Assembly (NCBI GenBank): GCA_964452145.1 | Contig: CAYVLA010000003.1 | Coordinates: 1-64,000 of the forward strand | Origin: Candidatus Hadarchaeota archaeon | Lineage (GTDB): Archaea > CAYQAE01 > CAYVLA01 | Direction of reading: 5' to 3' | DNA length: 64,000 nucleotides | In this document: positions 1 to 9,955 of the stretch, piece by piece | How positions within the stretch are numbered: the stretch's first letter is position 1 | Layout: each line of letters begins with the position of its first letter | Made by a program: the position numbers and the translations under genes | The notes under the pieces: generated by a model | The model's input: only the letters and a program-made list of their open reading frames with translations | The model's database searches: none | What the model was told of the DNA's origin: nothing

Positions 1-411
1 ACGCTCGCCTTCACACAGCCCTCGGCTGTCTCTAACATCTCGTCACAGTATGGATCCGATAGGATCATGGTCGCCCTGGACTTCAGAGGCAACAGGGTCG
101 TGACCCACGGCTGGACGTCCTCCACAGGCATCCACCCCGTCTCGGCAGCTAAGAGATTCGTGAAGCTCGGGGCCGGGAGCATTCTGCACACAAACGTGGA
201 GGTCGAAGGCAGATTGCGGGGGATTCCGCTGGATCCCATCCGTGAAGTCGTCCGGTCGGTTGATGCGGACGTAGTTGCGAGCGGCGGGATCTCGTCCATC
301 CGGGACATCCTCTCGATCAGGGATGCTGGTGCCGCAGGGGCCATAGTGGGCGCGGCTCTCTACACCGGAAGGATTAATCTACGAGAGGCGATAGAGCGGG
401 CTGAAGGGTAG
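1..411 (+). CDS. hisA: HisA, phosphoribosylformimino-5-aminoimidazole carboxamide ribotide isomerase (5' truncated by window edge)
   Basis: Frame open from base 1 (TLAF...IMVALD); motifs ILHTNVEVEG, VVASGGISS, GAIVGAALY; adjacent to hisB. Confidence 0.9.
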   Translation, partial: TLAFTQPSAVSNISSQYGSDRIMVALDFRGNRVVTHGWTSSTGIHPVSAAKRFVKLGAGSILHTNVEVEGRLRGIPLDPIREVVRSVDADVVASGGISSIRDILSIRDAGAAGAIVGAALYTGRINLREAIERAEG

Positions 412-415
412 GATC

Positions 416-1003
416 ATGCTCAGGATCGAAACCAAGAGGGAGACGAAGGAAACGAGGATAGGCATCGTTGTTGACTTCGACGGGTCGGGACGATGCTCAT
501 CCACGACCAACCTGCCATTCTTCGACCACCTCCTGACGGCGCTTGCCAGACACGGGAGATTCGACCTGGACCTGAACGCTACCGGCGACCTGGATGTTGA
601 TGATCACCACCTGGTGGAGGATGTCGCCATCGCTCTGGGAAGCTGCATCGCCGAAGCCCAGCAGAGGCGGCCCTGCATGAGGCGTTTTGGCTCATTTGTG
701 GCGCCGATGGACGACGCACTCGTCCTCGTGGCCTTGGATCTGGGTGGCAGAGCCTACCTGGACGCCCCCCTAAGATTTAGGAAGAGGATGGTGGGTAGTT
801 TCACCTTGAACAACATCAAACACTTCCTCAGGTCGCTCGCGGACGCCGGCAAGCTGAACCTCCACGTCAAGGTCCTGTCAGGCACCGACGAGCACCACAC
901 CGCAGAGGCGATATTCAAGGCCATCGGGCTGAGCCTCCGCCAGGCCTTGGAGGAGGATCCTAGACTGTCGGGCGAGGTCCCCAGCACCAAGGGCACCATC
1001 TAG
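416..1003 (+). CDS. hisB: Imidazoleglycerol-phosphate dehydratase
   Basis: RETKET, FFDHLL, DDHHLVEDVAI, PMDDAL, DEHHTAEAIFKA, VPSTKG motifs. Confidence 0.97.
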   Translation: MLRIETKRETKETRIGIVVDFDGSGRCSSTTNLPFFDHLLTALARHGRFDLDLNATGDLDVDDHHLVEDVAIALGSCIAEAQQRRPCMRRFGSFVAPMDDALVLVALDLGGRAYLDAPLRFRKRMVGSFTLNNIKHFLRSLADAGKLNLHVKVLSGTDEHHTAEAIFKAIGLSLRQALEEDPRLSGEVPSTKGTI

Positions 1004-1665
1004 TTCTTGGGACGCCTCAAGGCCTTGAGGATCAGGTAGACTCCGACCCTGATCCCGCACCAGATCGTGACCCCCCTGACGTATTTGTCGTACTTGACCG
1101 GTACCTCGACGACGCGCAGCCCCATGCGCTGTGCCTCGAAGATCATCTCGGACTCTATCTCGTAGCGGTTGGCTGCCAGGCTCAACTTGTCCAGAGCCGA
1201 TGTCCTGATCGCCTTGAGGCCGGTCTGGCTGTCCCGAATATGGGACCTCGAAAGTGCATTGGTGATCTTGGTCAGACCCCAGTTGCCGAGGCGCATGATC
1301 TTCGGAGCCCGGTCGAAGTACTTGACTCGGTTGCCCAGAACCATGTCGGCCTCGCCCCTGATGATGGGCTCCAGCAGGTTGGGTATGTCGCTGGGGTAGT
1401 GTTCTCCGTCGCCGTCCAGCCGGAGTATGACCTCGGCATCGTACTGCTTGGCTATCTCAAGTCCCTTCCGATAGGCCGCTCCGACTCCCTGGTTCCTGTC
1501 GATCTTGAAGACCTTGGCCCCCCCAAGGCTTGCCTCCTCCGACGACCGATCGGTGCTTCCGTCATCGACGACTATGACGTTGTCAACATACGCCGAGGTC
1601 TCCCTGGCTATGCTCTGTATGGTCTTCTCCTCGTTGTGAACCGGGATCACGCAGATCGTTCTCAA
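1000..1665 (-). CDS. GT2 glycosyltransferase, polyprenol-phosphate glycosyltransferase (DPM synthase/ArnC-like)
   Basis: VIPVHNEE, VVDDGSTD, NQGVG, LDGDGEH, DSQTGLKA motifs; TTG start. Confidence 0.9.
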   Translation of the reverse strand: MRTICVIPVHNEEKTIQSIARETSAYVDNVIVVDDGSTDRSSEEASLGGAKVFKIDRNQGVGAAYRKGLEIAKQYDAEVILRLDGDGEHYPSDIPNLLEPIIRGEADMVLGNRVKYFDRAPKIMRLGNWGLTKITNALSRSHIRDSQTGLKAIRTSALDKLSLAANRYEIESEMIFEAQRMGLRVVEVPVKYDKYVRGVTIWCGIRVGVYLILKALRRPKN

Positions 1666-1707
1666 GAGGATGCTCCCCGTCTCGTTTCTCGGTCCGCCAT
1701 GCCAATA

Positions 1708-2412
1708 TCAATGGTTCGTGGACCATTCCTGAGAGGGGCCATCGCCGACGATGGCGCCATCGACGATCACGACTCCCCTCTTGCAGTGGCGGCGAAAGTT
1801 CGGGTCGTGGCTGACAGCGATTATCGTGACGCCGAACTCCCCGTTGACCTTCCGAAGAAGCTCGAATACCCTGCTGGATGAGCGCGAGTCCAGATTGCCC
1901 GTTGGCTCGTCCGCCAGTATCATCTTGGGGCTGTTGGCCAGCGCGCGGGCAACCGCGATCCGTTGCTGTTCGCCGCCTGAAAGCTGGTCGGGCTTGTTCC
2001 TTGCCCGCTTCCTCAGATCGATCATGTCCAAGAGCTCCACCGCTCTCTTCTCACGCTCGCCCTGAGGGACCCGGGCCAGCACCATGGGGAATTCGATGTT
2101 CTCCTGTGCAGTGAGGGTGGGAATGAGATTGTAGGACTGGAAGACGAAGCCGACCATCCGCAGCCTCAGATCCGAGAGCTCATCGTCGGAGAGCTTCGAG
2201 ACGTCCCGGCCGAAGATCTTGATCGTGCCCGAGCTAGGGCGATCCAGACAGCCGAGGACGTTCAGCAGGGTGGTTTTTCCCGAGCCGGAGGGACCCGAGA
2301 CCAAGAGGAAATCGCCCTCTTCCAAGTCCAAACTGACCTCTCTGAGCGCCTCTACCTCTATTTCGCCCGATTTGTACACTTTTCGGAGATTACGGGTCTC
2401 AATGGCCTTCAA
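1708..2412 (-). CDS. ABC ATPase, LolD/MacB family
   Basis: GPSGSGKTT, GFVFQSYNL, LSGGEQQR, ILADEPTGNLD, VSHD; divergent from two FtsX-type permeases. Confidence 0.95.
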   Translation of the reverse strand: MKAIETRNLRKVYKSGEIEVEALREVSLDLEEGDFLLVSGPSGSGKTTLLNVLGCLDRPSSGTIKIFGRDVSKLSDDELSDLRLRMVGFVFQSYNLIPTLTAQENIEFPMVLARVPQGEREKRAVELLDMIDLRKRARNKPDQLSGGEQQRIAVARALANSPKMILADEPTGNLDSRSSSRVFELLRKVNGEFGVTIIAVSHDPNFRRHCKRGVVIVDGAIVGDGPSQEWSTNH

Positions 2413-2435
2413 TTTGCCCTCTCGGGGGGTCTAGG

Positions 2436-2466
2436 AAACCCTTTAAAGGTATTCTATTAAATTTTC
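2436..2466. promoter_or_regulatory. Divergent archaeal promoter region (BRE/TATA-like)
   Basis: gaaaccctttaaagg...ctattaaatt AT-rich block between divergent genes; TTTAAA lies about 25 nt before the ATG at 2470, consistent with a leaderless transcript. Confidence 0.55.
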
Positions 2467-2469
2467 CCC

Positions 2470-3666
2470 ATGGCCGCGGCCCAGTCGATCTGGAAGATGG
2501 CCTTCCGGAATCTCACGGCCCAGAACACCACCACGGTCCTAACGGTTGCGGCAATAGCAGTCTGCGTCATGACCTTCGTCTCGATCTTCTCCATACTCGA
2601 CGGACTCCAGCTAACCATACAGACCGTTATGAAGGGCTACTACGGCGAGCGCGAGATCTTCGTCTTGACCAGCGCCGCCTCGTCCACATTCCAGGGAAGC
2701 TCGATCCCAAGGGCGGTCGCGGACCAGTACCGGAGGCTGCCGGAGGTGGTGGCGGTTTCGGAGGAGGCCCTTGTCTGGGCCGAAAGCCAGGGGATCGAGA
2801 TCGAGTTGTCCGGCATAGACCTGGCCGACTTCGAGATGATCTACGTGTTCCAGAGGCTTGATGGTCGCCGGTTCCAGGCCCCGGGAGAATGCATGGCGGG
2901 CAGGACTCTTGCGAACACCGTAGGCATAGAGAAAGACGGACAGCTGCCGCTTACCCTGGGCAACGCCACCTTGTTGCTCAGAGTAGTCGGCATCTTCGAG
3001 ACCAGAAGGAATGCAACCTCCCTGGACGTCTTCAGAAACGACACTAGGACGCCCATGGATGCCCAACTGCTCGTGAGCCTCGATTACCTTTCATCATTGC
3101 TCCCGGCATTCGAGGCCAACTCATCGATAATGAGGCTGAGGGTGGCCGACCCAGATGCCTACCAAGCGGTGGAGCAGTTCACGCGGGAGAACCATCCCGA
3201 ACTCCGCATCTGGGAGGCCAGACAGGTCAGCAAGTTCTTCGAGAAATCCATCATCAACATCTCGAGGTTGCTGAGCACCATCATAGTCTTCGTCGTCCTC
3301 CTCATGGTTCTGGGCATCTACAACTCGATGAACATGGTGGTGTCCGAACGACGGTGGGAGATAGGGGTTCTCAGGGCGGTTGGGGCCAGAAGATCGTTCG
3401 TTCTGAGGCTCTTCATCGTTGAGAGCGCGGCCCTGGCGTTCCTGGGGGGTCTCTTCGGGGTGGCGCTGGGGATCGCGATGTCCCACGCCATAACATCCTT
3501 CTTCTCGGTCATGGTGCCGGGCTCCTCAGGCATCGTCCCCTTGACTAGGGTCAGCACCATAGTGTGGGGAATCGTGGCCGCCTTGTCAATCGGCCTGATT
3601 GGCGGCATCTCCCCCGCGAACCGTGCCTCCAGGATCCAGATAGCGGAGGCCCTCTCGGAGGGATAG
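2470..3666 (+). CDS. ABC permease, MacB/FtsX family
   Basis: N-terminal TM after MAFRNL, extracellular core domain, ERRWEIGVLRAVGA and three C-terminal TMs ending PANRASRI. Confidence 0.93.
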   Translation: MAAAQSIWKMAFRNLTAQNTTTVLTVAAIAVCVMTFVSIFSILDGLQLTIQTVMKGYYGEREIFVLTSAASSTFQGSSIPRAVADQYRRLPEVVAVSEEALVWAESQGIEIELSGIDLADFEMIYVFQRLDGRRFQAPGECMAGRTLANTVGIEKDGQLPLTLGNATLLLRVVGIFETRRNATSLDVFRNDTRTPMDAQLLVSLDYLSSLLPAFEANSSIMRLRVADPDAYQAVEQFTRENHPELRIWEARQVSKFFEKSIINISRLLSTIIVFVVLLMVLGIYNSMNMVVSERRWEIGVLRAVGARRSFVLRLFIVESAALAFLGGLFGVALGIAMSHAITSFFSVMVPGSSGIVPLTRVSTIVWGIVAALSIGLIGGISPANRASRIQIAEALSEG

Positions 3667-6600
3667 CCATCGACCCGCGGATCGCCTACGGCGTGAGGAT
3701 CTTCCCCGGAAAGAGGATGTGGTTATCCCTCAGTGGAATACTGATCTGCGCGATCCTCTTCTTCGGGATACTCTCGGTCGTTTACTGGCTCAGCTACTCG
3801 TCGACTGCCTACTTTGGGGAGGACCCGGATATCTACGTCCTGGCCTCCAATGGCTCGGCAACGGTGAAACAGTCGAAGGTGCCCCTTGCCCTGGCGCCGG
3901 CCCTCACCAAGATGCCCGGGATAGATGTCGTCAGCCCCGAGCTCTTCATCTACGGAATCATGAACGATAGAGCCGTCATCATCCGCGGAGTCCTGCCTCA
4001 GGACTTCATCCGCCTCCAGCCCCTCCAGATTCTGGAGGGCCGTTGGCTTCAGGACAGTGAGGTGAAGGGTGCCGTTGCGGGATACAACCTGGCAAGGAAG
4101 CTCGGGCTGCGCGTCAATGATACATACGTGCTGTCAGGATCGGAGGTGGACGACTTCACTGAGATCAAGCTCGTTGGTATATTCCAGGGCAGGGGGATGA
4201 TCGACGACGACCTCCTGTTGAACATGAAGTACGCAAGGTTCCTCCAGGAGGAGACAAGGGAGGGATACGCCTCCATCGTCAGGATAAAGGTCAACAGGAC
4301 GATCTGGCCGAGCGTGGCCAGCGTCTGGCAGGCTGTCAGTGGCCCACCTACCATCTCCAACCTCAGCCACCATCCCGATCAGCCGAACAACACCGAGAAG
4401 GTCGTCCTCACATGCAGGGCTACGGCCCTGAACCAGATAGGGTCGGTGGTCCTCCTGTATAGGAAGTCCCATTCGGGTCTGGTGAACCAGAAGACGATGG
4501 AACTGGTCGGGCCCGACACATACCAGGCCGAGATCGGCCCGGTCAGGGACTCGCCCTGGGTGCTGGCCTGGGCCAAGGCCATAGATGTCCTCGGTCACGA
4601 GAAGCACGCCCAGGCACTCAACATCTCCATCACGGACGCCCTCGGGCCGGACATCTACGACGTGGCGGTCCTTCCACCCCCTCCGCAGACCAAGGACGAT
4701 GTCCTGATCCTATCCTTCATGGCTACCGACTCGAGTGAGCTCGTCAGGAACGTCACCGTCCACACCTATAACGCAGGCAGGAACGAATCGATCGCTCTTG
4801 AGGAATCCGCCGGGAAGCTCTACCGGGTGGAGCTTGGAAAGTTTCAGCCGGGGAGCCTGTACATATGGGTTTCGGCTCGGGACAGGTTCGGCAACCTTGG
4901 ACAGGCCGGATACTACACGTATCGCATTCTGAACCGGACCGACCAATCACCCCCCGAGATCCAGGAGGTCCTTCACGAGCCAACGCCTCCGTACGATGAC
5001 TCGAACATCACGATCACGGTTCGAATCGTCGACGACTCCAACATCACGGTCGCCCAGGTGATCTATGACTATCAGGTCAGGGGGAGGCACTTCAACGGCA
5101 CCGTCGATCTGAGCCGCACCAAAGCGAAGGACATATGGACGGCCCAGACCGGCCCCTTCCCGGGCGGGACGGACGTGTACTTCAAGGTCTATGCCAGGGA
5201 CGAGTTCGGCAATGCGGGGTACTCAGATCCCAAGAAGGTCCGGATACTCTACTCCGAACCACCCGAGATATTCGACGTGTACAGGTTCCCGTTCTACCCC
5301 CCGCCGGGAACAACCAACCTCCTCTTCATGGACCTGTACGATGCCTCGGAGATAGAGACGGTGAACATAACCTATTGTGACGGGAAGACCTGCACGAATC
5401 TCTCCATACCGGTCGAGATCACCACATTTCGGGAGCCCCTCCTGCTGGGCCCCCTCAGCCCCGGTCCCAAGGCGTACTCGGTCGAGATGACGGACAGACG
5501 CAACCAGACGACGCGAACCCCGGAGTCCGGCCTGAACACATTCACGGTGTCCAGCCTCCCTCCTTCGCTGAGCAGACTTGCCTATCCTTTCCAGAGCCCA
5601 CCGGGCCGGTCGTTCAGGGTCAGCTTTCTGGCATCCTCCAGCTTCCCGCTTTCCCACCTCTACCTCACGGACTCCAGGGGCGTCATCGAGTTCTGTAACT
5701 GGACCGGCTCGGACTATGTGGCATTCCTCGGTCCCTACTCCCAGCCCGGCACCTACAGCTTCGTCGTTACGGCCCGGGATGCCGCGGGTAACATCCACCG
5801 GTCCGGCGAGATGCTCTTCACGATCACCGACTGGATCATACAGGATCTGAGCTTCTCACCCGAGGCCCCCCTGTTGGGCGAGACCCTGACGGTCACCTGC
5901 AAGATCTCGGGGGATGCCCCCCAGAACCGGGTCGAGCTGGTTACCCCGGTTGGCTGGAGGAACACAACCACTCTCATGTCTTATCGGGAAGGGCTCAGGG
6001 AAGCCACCATCGCCATCGAACAACCGGGCATCCTCCCCATCTTGGTGCAGGTTTATCACGGCAACGATGTCATCCGTTCGCAGACCTACAGGATAGCGGT
6101 TTCGGAAGGCGGGCCATCGTTGCTGGTGACCCACGACCCGGCGTTCCCGGCCTCCAGCGACGATCTGGTGATCCGCATCCGTGCAAGGGATGTGGAATCG
6201 GTCCGCGCCGTCGTGTTGAACTGGACCAACGGCACGTCCTACTACAGACAGGTATGGATCACGAACGTTCCGGAGTTTTCGGTCGACTTCAGGCCGGGCC
6301 TCCAGATAGGTGGATATCTGAGCTACAGGGTAACCGTCTTCGGCACCAAGACGGACCTCAATGTCAGCCTGCCCCCCGCAAAGGACGATTTCCAGAGAAT
6401 CCAGTACATACCCCGCAACGTGTTCTACCCGCCGGAGATCGTCTACTACAGGCTGTCCCCCCAGAGCTACATTCGCCTAGACGGCCAGACCACTGACGAC
6501 TATCTCGTACAGGCTCAGGCCTTGATTAGGGACGAACGGGGAATCCTCAAGGCGTGGATAGAGTACAATGTGGGAGGCAGAACCATGACCGACCCCCTCC

Positions 6601-9600
6601 TGCCATCCATAGGTTACGCCGCGATCTCCGACTACTACTTGGCGTACCTGGGACCCTACGCGGTCAACCAGACCATCACCGCTCGCATCTTCGCCACCAA
6701 CCTGGCGGGGCAGACCTTCTCCACCCCGCAGTTCCAATACACGTTGGTGGATGTGACCCCGCCAAAGATCTCGGGCGTCTACCACACTCCGCTTGAACCC
6801 TCCCCCAGACAGGAGATCACGATCGGGTGCGAGGTGACCGATGATTCCGGAGTTAAGGAGGTCATCTTGATCCTAAGCGACGCGAGAGACGAATACAGAC
6901 AGAGGATGAACCGGTACGCAAACACATACACCCTCGAGATACCCTCCCCAGCCGCGAATGCTTCGATCTCCTACAGGATACTCGCCACCGATAACTATGG
7001 CAATTCCAACGAGACTGAAACTCGAACGATCCGCACCAAGGATGTCTCGCCACCGAGGATCTTGGAGGTATCCCATGCACCCACCCAGCCCACCGATACC
7101 GAGACGGTGAACATCACCGTGGTTCTCATCGACTACGAGGATGAGGTGCAGAACGTCACCGTCTACTGGTATCAGTACGACTGGAAGGAGAAGACCCAGG
7201 AAGGGGGAAGAGGATACCTGGTGAGGATATTCCAGATCGGTGCCTCGGAGTTTGTGCCGGGCATGGATGTGAGGTACAAGGTCGAGGCATACGACAGATC
7301 GGGGAACCGGGCGATCTTTCCCTCCGTGCCACAGGAGATCAGGGCCGCGAAGGAGAGCCTGGGCGGGCTTGGCCAGGAAGCCTTCGAACCCTATCTCACA
7401 TTCAAGGTGCTGGACATAACGCCGCCGACCCTGAGGCTCGCGGCCGAGCCCCTGGAGCCGAACGAGCTCCAGACCGTCTCGTTCGCCCTTGGCGCGGCGG
7501 ACAACCATCTCCTGAAGAACCTCACGCTGCAGCTTCTCGTCGACGGTGTGCACCGTCCTTACTTCAGAGAGATAGGTCGACCCACCTTCGACGACGAGTT
7601 CAGCTCGGGGGCCCTTCGACCAGGAGGTGTTATCACCGCCTACCTGGAGGCCTTCGATCAGTCTGGCAACTATGCCCGGTATCCCCCGGTGGGCAACCTC
7701 TCGATTCGTGTGAAGCTTCTGGAGTGGGGAGGCCAAGTGGCAGTTAGGGATCCCAGGGTCAACCTGGACGTCGCCGGGCCTGCCGGATTCTCGGAGGACA
7801 TGGCCAGACAAGGGGCGGGCAAGATCATCGCAAGCATAAACGGCATTCTCTTCATGACCTTCCTGGCCACCGTCGCGGGCATCGGCAACATAGTCTACAC
7901 GTCGATTTACAGGAGCAAGAGGGAGATAGGAATCCTCAGAACCCTCGGAGGCAGCAAGAAGTACATCACCCTGCTGGTCGGCTCCCTTACGGCCCTGATG
8001 GGCTTCCTGGCCGGGCTCATGGGGTGCGGCATCTCGTACCTTCTCATGGTGGCCTTCTCCAGGATGGGAGCCAGTCTCGCATGGGTCACCCTCAGGCCGA
8101 CCCTGAACCTGCTCATATTGGCCGCAACCATTTCCGCCTCGATCGTCATAAGCCTCTTCGGAGGCCTAGTTGCCCTCAGCAGGTTGTTCACCTTCACGCC
8201 TGTGGAGTCCGTCAGAACCCTCGTTCCTCCCGCCCCAAAGGAGCAGACGCCGATCTACCTGGAGACCACAAAGGCCTTTCCGTTGAGGACCTTGGCCGCC
8301 TTCCTGGTTCTGGTGATCGCGGCAGGGTGTCTCATGCGCCTCTACCCGACCGTGATTTCCGAGCAACCCTTCGACCCGGACTCATGGCTCCATCTGAAGG
8401 CCGTCCACGACCTGGGCACGGATCACCATCTGCGCCTCGACTATGAATCCAGGGAGCTGCAGACCGTGGCCGCGCTTCCGGGGTTGAACATGGTGCTCCT
8501 CTTCGTGCAGAGGCTGACGGGTCAGGAACTGGCCCCCGCCCGGTTCATCACACCTCTAATCTCGGGTCTGGGGCTACTGTTCGTCTTCGTCCTGGCAAGG
8601 CGACTCTCCGGAAGCGCCATCGTTGCCTCCGTCGCAGCCCTGGTGCTCGCCTTTGCCGGATTCTACTCCAACCGGACCGCCGCCCTCACCAAGGAGGCAC
8701 TTGCCCTGCAGCTTCTTCTCTTCTCGCTCTTCGTCTTCTACCTCTGCCGCCAAGTGCGCTCCGTCAAATCGGAGGCCATCGCCTTTCTGGCATCGGTGGC
8801 GCTGATCCTCACTCACCACCTCACTGCCATCTACTTGATCCTGATCCTGTGCGGATACCTGGCCTTGGTTAACTTGGGGAGGTACTCCAAAGGAAATCTG
8901 GATCGACTGGAGGCAAGGAGAGATGCGATATTCCTCTCGGCGGTGCTGGCCAGTTACCTGGTCGTCGGCTTCACCCTTGGCAGGTATGAGACCAAGATCC
9001 CCTTCCAGGATGCTCTCCTTATCCTCTCGCTCTTCTTCGTAACCATCGGCCTGGGCAAGCTTCTGCTATCATCGACCTTCATGGATCGGCACCGGAGGGT
9101 CCTAACCCTGACGTTCGCGGCAGGCATGGTGGCCTTCCCCATCCTAGCGCATAGGGCGGGCCTGTTCTCGTATGCACCCTGGGAGCAGGTACTACCCATG
9201 CTCGGGCCCCACCTCGTCCTTCTGGCCCTCGCGGTCCTATCGATCTTCCCCGTTTCGCTCCTGCCCGATTCACAGCAGTCCTTCTTCCTGGCTTGGATCT
9301 CGGCGGTGATGCCCTTCGTTTTCTACGGCGTCGTCAAGAGGGACGTCTTCGGGTACATCCTTCTGTTCCGCAACATCGCCTACGGATACCAGCTTGCCGC
9401 AGTCATGGCGGGCGTCGCCGTGGTGTACGGATACAAGAGATTCCAGTCGGACGGGGCCAGCAGGAGTCGCAGACTGGTCGTGGGGATGCTCATCATCATT
9501 CTGGCATGCAACATAGGTATGGCATCACACATGGGATTTCTGTCCCAAGACTACGAGAGAAAGGATCTCTACCACCCGAGAGAGATCCGGGCAGCCTTGG

Positions 9601-9941
9601 TGGCAAACGAGTCCAGCCTCAGAGGGAATCTGGTGGGATCGGACGAAAGGGGGCGCCGACTACTGCTGTACATCACGGGGGAGGATGGAGACCAGCTGAC
9701 CACGTATGTCTACCTAATCCGGATGGAGAAGTACCTGATCAACCGACTCCGGACCCAGGTCGAGATGACCGACCGTCCGCTCACTCACTTATTCCTGTAT
9801 TCGGACATGTACTCGGTCGGGTTCGTTGACACCGTCCTGTTCAAGAAGATCGATAGGCCCCGGCTGAATCGCTTTGAGGACGTCATCTTCGACGACGGGA
9901 ACAACCAGATCCTGTACGTGGCCAGGAAGGACTGGCCATAG
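3663..9941 (+). CDS. Giant fusion: MacB/FtsX permease + ~11 Ig-like repeats + C-terminal GT-C-type membrane glycosyltransferase
   Basis: MacB core (LEGRWL, LVGIF); repeats D.tPP.I..v.h.P..P ... A.D..GN; FtsX motif REIGILRTLGGS; GT-C-like FDPDSWLH, TKEALAL, THHLT with many TMs. Start uncertain (ATA 3663, GTG 3693 or ATG 3717). Confidence 0.8.
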   Translation: MAIDPRIAYGVRIFPGKRMWLSLSGILICAILFFGILSVVYWLSYSSTAYFGEDPDIYVLASNGSATVKQSKVPLALAPALTKMPGIDVVSPELFIYGIMNDRAVIIRGVLPQDFIRLQPLQILEGRWLQDSEVKGAVAGYNLARKLGLRVNDTYVLSGSEVDDFTEIKLVGIFQGRGMIDDDLLLNMKYARFLQEETREGYASIVRIKVNRTIWPSVASVWQAVSGPPTISNLSHHPDQPNNTEKVVLTCRATALNQIGSVVLLYRKSHSGLVNQKTMELVGPDTYQAEIGPVRDSPWVLAWAKAIDVLGHEKHAQALNISITDALGPDIYDVAVLPPPPQTKDDVLILSFMATDSSELVRNVTVHTYNAGRNESIALEESAGKLYRVELGKFQPGSLYIWVSARDRFGNLGQAGYYTYRILNRTDQSPPEIQEVLHEPTPPYDDSNITITVRIVDDSNITVAQVIYDYQVRGRHFNGTVDLSRTKAKDIWTAQTGPFPGGTDVYFKVYARDEFGNAGYSDPKKVRILYSEPPEIFDVYRFPFYPPPGTTNLLFMDLYDASEIETVNITYCDGKTCTNLSIPVEITTFREPLLLGPLSPGPKAYSVEMTDRRNQTTRTPESGLNTFTVSSLPPSLSRLAYPFQSPPGRSFRVSFLASSSFPLSHLYLTDSRGVIEFCNWTGSDYVAFLGPYSQPGTYSFVVTARDAAGNIHRSGEMLFTITDWIIQDLSFSPEAPLLGETLTVTCKISGDAPQNRVELVTPVGWRNTTTLMSYREGLREATIAIEQPGILPILVQVYHGNDVIRSQTYRIAVSEGGPSLLVTHDPAFPASSDDLVIRIRARDVESVRAVVLNWTNGTSYYRQVWITNVPEFSVDFRPGLQIGGYLSYRVTVFGTKTDLNVSLPPAKDDFQRIQYIPRNVFYPPEIVYYRLSPQSYIRLDGQTTDDYLVQAQALIRDERGILKAWIEYNVGGRTMTDPLLPSIGYAAISDYYLAYLGPYAVNQTITARIFATNLAGQTFSTPQFQYTLVDVTPPKISGVYHTPLEPSPRQEITIGCEVTDDSGVKEVILILSDARDEYRQRMNRYANTYTLEIPSPAANASISYRILATDNYGNSNETETRTIRTKDVSPPRILEVSHAPTQPTDTETVNITVVLIDYEDEVQNVTVYWYQYDWKEKTQEGGRGYLVRIFQIGASEFVPGMDVRYKVEAYDRSGNRAIFPSVPQEIRAAKESLGGLGQEAFEPYLTFKVLDITPPTLRLAAEPLEPNELQTVSFALGAADNHLLKNLTLQLLVDGVHRPYFREIGRPTFDDEFSSGALRPGGVITAYLEAFDQSGNYARYPPVGNLSIRVKLLEWGGQVAVRDPRVNLDVAGPAGFSEDMARQGAGKIIASINGILFMTFLATVAGIGNIVYTSIYRSKREIGILRTLGGSKKYITLLVGSLTALMGFLAGLMGCGISYLLMVAFSRMGASLAWVTLRPTLNLLILAATISASIVISLFGGLVALSRLFTFTPVESVRTLVPPAPKEQTPIYLETTKAFPLRTLAAFLVLVIAAGCLMRLYPTVISEQPFDPDSWLHLKAVHDLGTDHHLRLDYESRELQTVAALPGLNMVLLFVQRLTGQELAPARFITPLISGLGLLFVFVLARRLSGSAIVASVAALVLAFAGFYSNRTAALTKEALALQLLLFSLFVFYLCRQVRSVKSEAIAFLASVALILTHHLTAIYLILILCGYLALVNLGRYSKGNLDRLEARRDAIFLSAVLASYLVVGFTLGRYETKIPFQDALLILSLFFVTIGLGKLLLSSTFMDRHRRVLTLTFAAGMVAFPILAHRAGLFSYAPWEQVLPMLGPHLVLLALAVLSIFPVSLLPDSQQSFFLAWISAVMPFVFYGVVKRDVFGYILLFRNIAYGYQLAAVMAGVAVVYGYKRFQSDGASRSRRLVVGMLIIILACNIGMASHMGFLSQDYERKDLYHPREIRAALVANESSLRGNLVGSDERGRRLLLYITGEDGDQLTTYVYLIRMEKYLINRLRTQVEMTDRPLTHLFLYSDMYSVGFVDTVLFKKIDRPRLNRFEDVIFDDGNNQILYVARKDWP
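4340..7715 (+). repeat. About 11 tandem ~100-aa Ig/FN3-like protein repeats inside the giant permease
   Basis: Repeat starts GPPTI, LGPDI, SPPEI, EPPEI, LPPSL, DWIIQ, GGPSL, YPPEI, TPPKI, SPPRI, TPPTL; ends such as ARDRFGN, ARDEFGN, ARDAAGN, ATDNYGN, AYDRSGN, AFDQSGN; many N-x-S/T sequons. Confidence 0.75.
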
Positions 9942-9955
9942 GAGGTTGACTCGAG

